A DNA stretch of 63,750 nt, the filler included, from Aduncisulcus paluster (lineage: Eukaryota): the NCBI GenBank assembly GCA_024181965.1. It is 26 parts of 26 records of this genome, joined end to end, with 100 filler letters (N's around TTAATTAATTAA, not from the genome) between each part and the next. Parts side by side here need not be neighbours in the genome. Positions count along the whole stretch, not along the records: positions 55,354 to 57,465 come from BQXS01009805.1; positions 57,566 to 59,718 come from BQXS01009806.1; positions 59,819 to 61,156 come from BQXS01009807.1; positions 61,257 to 62,312 come from BQXS01009808.1; positions 62,413 to 63,750 come from BQXS01009809.1; 21 more parts are not named here. One strand, written 5' to 3'. Below, in pieces: positions 55,355 to 63,750 of the stretch; position 1 is the stretch's first letter; every line of letters starts with the position of its first letter. The notes beneath the pieces are model-generated. The model worked only from the letters and a program-made list of their open reading frames with translations, was not told where the DNA came from and made no database searches. Position numbers and translations under genes: made by a program.

Positions 55355-56503
55355 GGACAAAGAGATGGTGCATTAACTATCATCTCACCTATTGATGATA
55401 CACCTGCATATAAAGCAGGAGTAAAATCAGGAGATATTATCATAAAAATTGATGATGCTTCTTCTATCAATATGAGCTTATCTGATGCCATTGATATCAT
55501 GAGAGGAAAACCTGGAACTCCTATAACTATTACTGTTGTAAGAAAAGGGGTTCAAGAGCCAATTGAGATAAATATTGTTCGAGATATTATCAAAATTCAA
55601 TCAGTATATGCAAAAACTATAAATGATGATATTTTATATTTAAGAATCTCCTCTTTTATGGATATGAAAGTAGCCTCAGAGCTTAAAAAATATATCAAAC
55701 AGTATGAAAAAACAACAAAAGGGATTGTTTTAGATTTAAGAAATAATCCAGGGGGTCAGTTGGGTCAAGCGATTGATACTACAAACATATTTGTAGATAA
55801 AGGTATTATTGTTTCTCAAAAAGGGAAAGATGATAACGAAAATGAAGAGTTTGAAGCAACTTCATCTACAACGCTAACCGATGTGCCAATGGTTGTATTG
55901 GTAAATGGGGGAAGTGCAAGTGCAAGTGAAATTGTATCCGGTGCTTTACAAGATTTGAAAAGAGCTGTTATCATTGGAGAAACAACTTTTGGAAAAGGTT
56001 CAGTACAAAGAATTATCCCTATTAATGATGATGGAAGTGAAGCGATCAAACTTACTATTGCTAAATATTATTTACCAAGTGGAAGAACAATACAAGCTAA
56101 AGGGATAGTACCTGATATCACAGTATTTCCAGGAAAAGTTTTGACACAAGAAAAATCAAGCTTTAAACTCAAAGAATCAAACATGAGAAAACATCTTGAA
56201 GGTGAACTAGAAAAAGTAACTGATGATTCTAAAAAAGAAGATAAAAAAGAAACAAAAAAAGAAGATAAAACTATCATCACAAAAGAGATGATTATGGAAG
56301 ACAATCAACTCAAGGCTGGTATCGATATACTTAAATCTTTAACTATAANNNNNNNNNNNNNNNNNNNNNNNNNNNNNNNNNNNNNNNNNNNNNNNNNNNN
56401 NNNNNNNNNNNNNNNNNNNNNNNNNNNNNNNNNNNNNNNNNNNNNNNNNNNNNNNNNNNNNNNNNNNNNTATACTTAAATCTTTAACTATAATACAAAAC
56501 TAA
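55355..56503 (+). CDS. ctpA: S41 carboxyl-terminal protease, 5' partial
   Basis: PDZ, LDLRNNPGG, SASASEIV.GALQD, TFGKGSVQ. Confidence 0.96.
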   Translation, partial: GQRDGALTIISPIDDTPAYKAGVKSGDIIIKIDDASSINMSLSDAIDIMRGKPGTPITITVVRKGVQEPIEINIVRDIIKIQSVYAKTINDDILYLRISSFMDMKVASELKKYIKQYEKTTKGIVLDLRNNPGGQLGQAIDTTNIFVDKGIIVSQKGKDDNENEEFEATSSTTLTDVPMVVLVNGGSASASEIVSGALQDLKRAVIIGETTFGKGSVQRIIPINDDGSEAIKLTIAKYYLPSGRTIQAKGIVPDITVFPGKVLTQEKSSFKLKESNMRKHLEGELEKVTDDSKKEDKKETKKEDKTIITKEMIMEDNQLKAGIDILKSLTIXXXXXXXXXXXXXXXXXXXXXXXXXXXXXXXXXXXXXXXXXILKSLTIIQN

Positions 56504-56515
56504 AAAGGGATAAAT

Positions 56516-57465
56516 ATGACTATAAATGAAATTTCAAAACTTGGACTTTGGCCAGAATCAAAGAAAACAACAACACAAAAAGGTATCGATGAGTTAGAAA
56601 ACTTAGGGTATAACTTATTTTATATAGGAAAAAATGCAGATTTATATACATGTCCAGGAGCTGATTCCAAAGTACTTTTAGTAAGAAGTGATAGATGTTC
56701 AGTATTTGATATTCCATTAAACTTAGAGATTGATGGTAAGGGTATCTATCAAACAGCTATTTCAAATAATGGTGCCGCATTTGCAAGAGAGATGGGCATA
56801 AAAACAGCAATTTTAGATGAAAATGTTGATAGTTCTTTAGAGATTGCACCTAGATGTCAAATGATGGAACTATGTAAACCATTAGAAGCAGAGATCGATG
56901 GTGAAGTTGTACAGTTTGAATTTATTTTTAGAAACTATTTAACTGGTTCTTTATATGAAGCATGTCAAAATGGAAATGACCCTTATGGATTGGAGTTATC
57001 TTCTGACTTAAACCAATGGCATAAATTTGAGACACCTATTTTCACACCAACTACAAAAGGGGTAAAAGATATCCCTTTAAATTCAGCAAAGGTGAGAGAA
57101 GTATTTCCAGAAATTATAACAACTTTAGAAAAGTTATTTAAAGAGTTCACACAATTTGCCCAAGATAGTGGAATTGTAGTTGTTGATACAAAATTTGAAG
57201 CATTTGTTGACTCAGATGGGAAATGGGTACTTGGAGATGAAATTTTAACACCAGAGAGTTCAAGATTTATTGCAAAAAAAGATTTTGACAATGGTGATTT
57301 TATCTCTATGGATAAACAAATATTAAGAGATTTTGGTAAAAAAGACAACTGGAAAGAGAAAGCAAAAGAGCTATCTTCTAAAGAAAAGTTAGAAGTAGTT
57401 GTTCCAGATTCTATTAAAAATGGGATCCTTGATGGGTATAAAATAATATTAGAAAGTCTACAACG
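56516..57465 (+). CDS. purC: SAICAR synthetase (long ADE1-like type); 3' end at contig edge
   Basis: SDRCSVFD, RNYLTGS, PIFTPTTK, DTKFE, DEILTPESSRF, DKQILRD. Confidence 0.93.
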
Positions 57466-57702
57466 NNNNNNNNNNNNNNNNNNNNNNNNNNNNNNNNNNN
57501 NNNNNNNNNTTAATTAATTAANNNNNNNNNNNNNNNNNNNNNNNNNNNNNNNNNNNNNNNNNNNNTGAGAAGTGGAAAATCTCATTATCGTATTGTTCTT
57601 TATAGATAAAGTCGAACAAAGTATAGTTTTTACTTTTAATATCATTAAAATATCATTTTTTCTAAATATACTAATTTTAATAAAATAACAAGGAGAACAA
57701 TT

Positions 57703-58966
57703 ATGAATTTTGAATTAAGTGAGGATCATAAAGTACTAGTTGATAGTATAAAAGATTTTGTTGATAATGAAATTAAACCTTTGGCAATTGAGATTGATGA
57801 AAAACATGAAATACCAACAGGATTAATTTCACAAATAGGTGAGTTAGGTTTTTTTGGGACATATATACCAGAGGAATATGGTGGAGCAGGAATGGATTAT
57901 TCTTCTTATATACTTACAGTTGAAGAGGTATCAAAAGCTTGTGCATCGACAGGAGTACTGATAGCTGCTCACACATCTTTATGTTGTGGTCCAATATTAT
58001 CTTATGGAACAGAAGATCAAAAGAAGAAATTTCTTCCTGATTTATCAAGTGGTGAAAAAATTGGTTGTTTTTTACAAACAGAGCCAAATGCAGGTAGTGA
58101 TGTATCAAATATTGATACAAGATATAAAGAAGAAGATGACTGTTATGTGATAACTGGATCTAAAATATTCATCACAAATGGTGCATATAAAGGTACAGGA
58201 ATTGTAATCGCTACTAAAGATAAAACACTAGGTCATAAAGGTTTATCTGCATTTATTGTAGATTTAGAAACTCCTGGTGTAGAGGTGATTAAAAATGAAG
58301 AAAAAATGGGTATCAGAGGAAGTTATACAACTGCATTTGGTCTTGATGGTGTAAAAGTTCCTAAAGAGAATATGTTAGGAAAAGAGGGTGATGGTTTCAA
58401 AATTGCTATGGAGACTCTAAATGCAGGAAGANNNNNNNNNNNNNNNNNNNNNNNNNNNNNNNNNNNNNNNNNNNNNNNNNNNNNNNNNNNNNNNNNNNNN
58501 NNNNNNNNNNNNNNNNNNNNNNNNNNNNNNNNNNNNNNNNNNNAATGCAGGAAGAATTAGTATCGGAGCTCAAGCTTTAGGTATTGCTGAAGGTGCGTTA
58601 GAGAGATCTATTGAATATACACAAGAGAGAAAACAGTTTGGAAAACCACTTTCAGCTTTTCAAGCAGTATCAATGAAATTAGCAGAAATGAAAGTACGAA
58701 TTGAACAAAGTAAGTTATTAATTTATAAAGCAGCATGGCTAAAAGAGAATAATAAAACTTATATCATGGAATCTGCAATGGCTAAGCTTTCTGCATCTGA
58801 GACTGCTACTTTTGTTACTAAAGATGCGATTCAAGTTCATGGAGGTTATGGATTTGTGTGTGAATATGAAGTTGAGAGAATGTATAGAGATGCGAAAATT
58901 ACAGAGATATACGAAGGTACAAGTGAAATTCAAAGAATTATTATTGGGAAAATGTTAATAGCATAA
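57703..58966 (+). CDS. Acyl-CoA dehydrogenase (butyryl-CoA type); spurious internal gap
   Basis: PEEYGGAG, TEPNAGSD, GSKIFITN, KMGIRGS, RKQFGKP, QVHGGYG, IYEGTSEIQR. Confidence 0.97.
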
Positions 58967-59003
58967 AATATAACAAAGTATTGAAATAAATGTAGGGAGT
59001 AAC

Positions 59004-59718
59004 ATGGAAGTATCTAATGAAATAACGAGAGAAATATATTGGAATGTAGGAAATAATGCAACAACTATTGGACTAATGTATTTTTTTACTTTTTCTGCAA
59101 TGGCATATGTAGGATATCTTTTTTATAAAAGATATCAAGTGTATCAATTAGGAAAACCTTTAAATAGAACAGATAATATAGGCCAAAGAATAAAATATAT
59201 GCTCATAAATATGGCGGGACAAATTCGTGTGAGAAGACGTAGTCGACCAGGACTTGCTCATAGTATGTTTTTTTGGTCATTTACAGTTTTATTTATAGGT
59301 ACCTTTTTAGTTTTTATACAAGCTGATATCACTGATCTTTTATTTGATTATGTCTTTTTAAAAGGAGATTTTTATAAAGTATATTCTTTTTCTTTAGATA
59401 TAGCTGGATTGGTAGGAATTATCATGATGAGTGGTTTGTATATCAGAAGATATTTTTTTAATCCAAAAAACTTAGTAACATCAAGAGATGATGCAATTAT
59501 TCATTTTCTTCTATTTTTAATTCTAATTACAGGTTTTTTGGTTGAAGGTATCCGAATGGCAGCTACTGAAATGATTACAAATCCTGAGTGGATGATTTTT
59601 TCACCAGTGGGAATGGTAATTGCCAAAATGCTTACAGGTGTTAGTTCTGATGCATTGTTGCTCTCTCATAAAATCTTATGGTGGGTTCATATGTTTATTG
59701 TTCTAGCTTTTTTCATTG
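59004..59718 (+). CDS. FadF-like membrane Fe-S oxidoreductase (NarI/heme-b-like N-terminal domain); 3' partial
   Basis: TREIYWN, AHSMFFW.F..LFIGT, TGFLVEG.R and WWVH. Follows the acyl-CoA dehydrogenase. Confidence 0.8.
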
Positions 59719-59818
59719 NNNNNNNNNNNNNNNNNNNNNNNNNNNNNNNNNNNNNNNNNNNNTTAATTAATTAANNNNNNNNNNNNNNNNNNNNNNNNNN
59801 NNNNNNNNNNNNNNNNNN

Positions 59819-60670
59819 ATCTTCTTTAAGCTCTAAAAGATCTTTTATTTTTAACTCTGTTTCTGCAAGCATCACATCTATTTTCATTTGGGAACCAGAT
59901 ATAAGAGCATTGATATCTTTCTGTTTACTTACTTTTCTATTTTTAGCTTCAGCAAAAACTTTTTCTACTATCACATCTAAAAGTTGTTCAATATATGAAA
60001 TAGGATAACAAATAGATAAAAATCCAGATTCATCATCTATACTTATTTCAAAAACTACGAGTAACACAATCTCATGATCAGAAATAATCTGGATTGCATT
60101 GGCATTGGTATCCATACTTTCTGTTTTAAGATTTATAGTAGAAACATCATCCCATGCTTTTTTTAGATTCTTCATAATAAGTTGATAAAAATGGTTAAAT
60201 ACTTGAAGTTCTATCTCTGTAAGCTCTTTTTCTGTTGAATCAGTTAATGAACTTTCCCCATTACCAAGAAGATGCGCAATAATTTTATGAGAAATTGCAG
60301 GATTACACTCCATAACAATTCTTCCTTCAAGAGGTTTAATAGAAAGAGTATTTAAACTTGTAATTTGAGGAATAGATAAAATAAACTCACCATAAGTCAT
60401 TTGCTCAATACTATAAAGCTTAACATCAACAATTTTTCTTAGCATTGCTGAGAGTTCACTAATAGTAGTTCTTAACATCTTATCATGTAAAGCACTAAAA
60501 GCTTTCATCTGTTCAGCTGATATTCTATTTGGTTTTTTAAAGTCATAAATTGCATAACTTTTATCTTTAGCATGATTGCCTGTCTCAATCGGTAAATCTT
60601 CTAAACCACCATCTTCATCTGCAATATCTAATAACGCATCAATCTCGTCTTGACTTAAAAATTCTGCCAT
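59819..60670 (-). CDS. fliM: Flagellar motor switch protein FliM, 3' partial
   Basis: MAEFLSQDEIDALL, YDFKKPNR, EQMTYGEF. Confidence 0.97.
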
Positions 60671-60671
60671 T

Positions 60672-61156
60672 TTATCTCACCATCTCAACTTCTGCATTAA
60701 TAGCATCTAAACTATCAAGCATTTTTATCGTTTCTATTATCTCTGTTATATCAACTTTCATCATTTTCATAGCACGCATGAGATCAGATACTGTTGGTTG
60801 CTTTTGAGTATTTATAAGTGCATTATTGATATCAATAACGACTGGTTGATCCATCACTTGATCAGGTAGTTGTTCAACTTTAGTATCATCACCTATATCT
60901 TTCCCTTTGTTTACAGCTTCATCATTCCAAGCTTTTTCTCCAAGATCACTTTTTTTGATTCGTATAGTAAAATTTTCACGAGAAATGGTAACTGGGCTTA
61001 TCGTAATGTCTGCACCTGCAATGATTATCTCTTTTACAGAGTCTATAATAACTTTCTTTTTCATCATAATATCTATTTTAATGTCTTGTATTTCAGCTAT
61101 GAAACCAACCATTGACATATCCATAGGTTTTTGCACTCTTATAGTTCTTGTATCAT
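60672..61156 (-). CDS. flgI: Flagellar P-ring protein FlgI, C-terminal part
   Basis: KKVIID..KEIIIAG..I.ISPVTIS, TVSDLMRAM, AINAE. Confidence 0.75.
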
Positions 61157-61258
61157 NNNNNNNNNNNNNNNNNNNNNNNNNNNNNNNNNNNNNNNNNNNN
61201 TTAATTAATTAANNNNNNNNNNNNNNNNNNNNNNNNNNNNNNNNNNNNNNNNNNNNGC

Positions 61259-61759
61259 GGCGCAAAGGCCGAGGAGGGTTGGCCTTGCGGACGTGAGCGG
61301 CCCGGCTGGTGCCCAGATAGGCGCTGGGACTTGCCACCCGGTCTCCCCCACACCGTTTTACACCGCTCGCTCGTACTGACTCCACCGAAGACCGAGACAG
61401 GCCGCCGAGTAGTCCCCATCCCTGCGCCACTATTGGGTGAGCTGCGCACGTATATAGACAGCTCGAACGGGCCCAACCCACATAATCTTGTCTGGCACAG
61501 CGCGTCTGGGCATCCGATCAACCCGCGTGCAGACGCGCGAGCGTGGCACGAGGCGCTCTCGAAAGCTGGACTCCCACCTGCTCCCCCGTACGTTTCGCGA
61601 CACACCACCGCAACGCTGCTGCTTGAAGCTGGGGTTTCCGAAGAGGTTCGGATGGCGATCATGGGACACTCGTCGGCAGCGGCGCAGCGTAAGTACGTGC
61701 ATGTCAACCAGGACCGCGCCCGCGAGGCACTGTCCAACCTCGATGGGTTACTCGGTTAG
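61259..61759 (+). CDS. int: Phage tyrosine integrase, C-terminal part
   Basis: PKT..GRRVVP, YVSRHTTATLL, IMGHSS, KYVH. Confidence 0.95.
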   Translation, partial: GAKAEEGWPCGRERPGWCPDRRWDLPPGLPHTVLHRSLVLTPPKTETGRRVVPIPAPLLGELRTYIDSSNGPNPHNLVWHSASGHPINPRADARAWHEALSKAGLPPAPPYVSRHTTATLLLEAGVSEEVRMAIMGHSSAAAQRKYVHVNQDRAREALSNLDGLLG

Positions 61760-61794
61760 ACGTGAAATCTCACCGGTTACGTTCAAATTCAAGG

Positions 61795-62220
61795 TCATTC
61801 GTCGCCTAGTGCATGTTCCAGTTCGGCTGTCTCTATCGGATCGAGGGTGGCCATCCGGGTCCGCAGCGTCGGGCCGTCAACCCACAGCCCTTCGGCCAGC
61901 TCTGCTGGGTCGCGCGTCCAGCGCAGTCCATCGACTAGCTGGCCGAACGTGATGAGCCTGCGTGCAGCCAGCTCGTCCACCGTGCGTTCCTCGAGCTCGG
62001 CCCCGCGTGGGTCTGCAGGCAGGGGGCCGCGTTCTAAGTGGATCAGCTCGTGGGTCAGGGTGCATCGTCGGTGGACCTGTCGTAGGCGCTTGCACAGCCA
62101 GATCTTCTGCCTAGGGAAGCTGGTTAGGCCCCATACCTGCTCGGGTAGTTCCCGGCGGCAGCTGATGACGACGTTCGGGAAGTGCTCGGCGGCGTGACGC
62201 CAAGGATGCCAACGACTCAT
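61795..62220 (-). CDS. ImmA/IrrE-family metallo-endopeptidase (anti-repressor)
   Basis: RRCTLTHELIHLERG (HExxH), EE..VD..AARRLI, ELAEGLWVD. Converges on the integrase. Confidence 0.92.
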   Translation of the reverse strand: MSRWHPWRHAAEHFPNVVISCRRELPEQVWGLTSFPRQKIWLCKRLRQVHRRCTLTHELIHLERGPLPADPRGAELEERTVDELAARRLITFGQLVDGLRWTRDPAELAEGLWVDGPTLRTRMATLDPIETAELEHALGDE

Positions 62221-62227
62221 GATCTTG

Positions 62228-62250
62228 AAACTATCGGCGGGTACCGACAA
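62228..62250 (-). promoter_or_regulatory. PafBC-dependent (RecA-NDp) promoter, leaderless
   Basis: The minus strand reads tTGTCGG-tacccgccga-TAgttT, matching TGTCGG-N10-TANNNT, with 7 nt to ATG 62220. Confidence 0.8.
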
Positions 62251-62502
62251 AAATGGCTCTGACCTCGAATTACGTCTATGTTATTTCGGTTTGTCGAAGC
62301 CCTCGAGTCGACNNNNNNNNNNNNNNNNNNNNNNNNNNNNNNNNNNNNNNNNNNNNTTAATTAATTAANNNNNNNNNNNNNNNNNNNNNNNNNNNNNNNN
62401 NNNNNNNNNNNNGCTCTATCACACCCCGTCGTATTCTTCTTGAGGAAGAGGTCAAACGTCTGAGAGAAAGAGAGAGGAAGAGAAGGGAGGAAGACTCTGA
62501 GA

Positions 62503-63102
62503 TTGTTCGTAGCATCAGCAATATCGATGGTGTTGCCGGTTATTCAACTCACTGTGGGGTCTCTTGGAACCCTCATGTTCCCGAATCTTGACGACTTTTA
62601 CTCCCCCTCCCGAAACCTCTTCCTCTCCTTTTCTGTCCCTGAGGATGAAGAGGCCACTGATCTCTACGCCGGTTTCAATTCTGATGGAATGTCTTTCTCG
62701 TTGACTTTTGACATGCGAATTGATGTTGCTCAGAGTGGTACCTATGACACCTCGGCCGAGGAGATTGCCGTTGTTCGGTTCGATATTTCTGGCTCTGGTG
62801 AGATGACTGCCACTGATACCCCGTCTCTTGATGGCATTATTATTGCTGGTAATATTACGTCTATTGATGTTACCAATCCTTCCATCGAGTTTTTGAAAGA
62901 TGATCTTGACGTTTCTACATACTTCTTTGATGATTTTGCTTCTATCCTGAATCCTATCCTCGAGTCTGTCCTCATTCCCATCATTAACAAGACCCTTGAA
63001 TCAGGCATGGAGATCCAATTGCCAGAGGGAATGACCGCGGATGGTGTGACCATCTATTATTTCGAAGAGATGTGTTACATCACATGTGATATCCTCGAAT
63101 AG
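62503..63102 (+). CDS. LBP/BPI-like (TULIP) protein, C-terminal domain; start uncertain
   Basis: FPNL..FYSP.RNL.L.F and terminal L.PIIN..L..G.....P.G...V.I.Y....YI pattern. T-rich eukaryote-like 3' flank. Confidence 0.5.
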   Translation: MFVASAISMVLPVIQLTVGSLGTLMFPNLDDFYSPSRNLFLSFSVPEDEEATDLYAGFNSDGMSFSLTFDMRIDVAQSGTYDTSAEEIAVVRFDISGSGEMTATDTPSLDGIIIAGNITSIDVTNPSIEFLKDDLDVSTYFFDDFASILNPILESVLIPIINKTLESGMEIQLPEGMTADGVTIYYFEEMCYITCDILE

Positions 63103-63274
63103 ATTTTTTTTTTTGCGAAGGTTTCAACCGTGTTTGTATTTTACATCCTTTTTACTCGTCAGATTTTTATATTTGCAAGCTTTGAAGTGATTTTGAAAAT
63201 CGACGTTTTATTGTTTCCTTTTTTCTTTTGGTTTTGTTTGTTTTATGGTTTTTTTTTTTTTTTTTTTTTTTTGT

Positions 63275-63750
63275 TCAATTTAGACGAATAATTGTCTGGA
63301 AATATCGGATTGACTGTTTCATATCCTTGGAAATGGCACGTTCAAGTTTGGTAATTCCTTTACACATGGACACAGCTCTGTCAATAAGATCAATACCTCC
63401 TCCACTCTGAACCATCAGAGTCAACAGATTGGAGAGCTCGGCAAATTCAATCAATATCTGCTCTTTCTTCAATCCAATTCTATCCACAACAGCCATACGA
63501 GGCTTGGATTGATCAATAATTCCAGAATGCATAAGTTTCAGATGGTGGAGGTAATTCTTAGCCAACTGAGCATGAATAAACGAGAAAGACTTCAAATTGA
63601 CTGGTTTGTTTGTCCTGGCACTCACCACTTTCCTCCTTCCGTCCCCAGCATCACTGAGAGAAGAAGCAAGTGAAGCAACGGATGGACGACGACTATCGAT
63701 GCCAGTTCCAGTACTAATGTCACTCAAGGAAGAGGGACGTCTGATGCTAC
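63275..63750 (-). CDS. Eukaryotic hypothetical protein, C-terminal part
   Basis: Ser-rich then helical ORF converging on the BPI-like gene across T-rich sequence. Confidence 0.6.
   Translation of the reverse strand, partial: SIRRPSSLSDISTGTGIDSRRPSVASLASSLSDAGDGRRKVVSARTNKPVNLKSFSFIHAQLAKNYLHHLKLMHSGIIDQSKPRMAVVDRIGLKKEQILIEFAELSNLLTLMVQSGGGIDLIDRAVSMCKGITKLERAISKDMKQSIRYFQTIIRLN

Noticed and set aside
1964-62412. Recurrent TTAATTAATTAA flanked by Ns as a biological repeat or CRISPR-like array
   Set aside because: It is a fixed 100-nt concatenation linker with six-frame stops. ORFs ending in X...LIN or X...N are artefacts of it.

Overview
This window is not one locus. It is 26 short contigs joined by an artificial 100-nt linker (N44-TTAATTAATTAA-N44), so gene context is only meaningful within a contig. 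Contig spans: 1-1963, 2064-3669, 3770-6138, 6239-7603, 7704-10695, 10796-13290, 13391-27301, 27402-30307, 30408-32361, 32462-33956, 34057-37034, 37135-39078, 39179-41187, 41288-42552, 42653-44280, 44381-46487, 46588-48690, 48791-50857, 50958-52447, 52548-53947, 54048-55253, 55354-57465, 57566-59718, 59819-61156, 61257-62312, 62413-63750. At least four sources are mixed. (i) A microbial eukaryote with EGF/LRR proteins, an FG-repeat protein, a BPI-like protein and an RLE non-LTR retrotransposon; a fornicate (Aduncisulcus/Carpediemonas-like) origin is inferred. (ii) A Mycobacteriaceae bacterium: NRPS, MmpL, HtrA, a tRNA-Gly island and a prophage integrase/ImmA pair. (iii) AT-rich Campylobacterota (Arcobacter/Sulfurimonas-like) housekeeping fragments. 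(iv) A 13.9-kb GC-rich tailed-phage segment: vWA protein, putative TerS, collagen tail fibre, lysis cassette with overlapped spanins, TerL, portal, scaffold and capsid start. The strongest candidates for undescribed biology are an RLE retrotransposon whose 3' end is fused into the anticodon stem of a tRNA-Arg(ACG) gene, and a prophage ImmA gene behind an exact PafBC (RecA-NDp) promoter consensus. Others are an LRR gene built from shuffled 66-bp cassettes and a repeated phage intergenic motif, TTTGAC-N4-TAGACAA.
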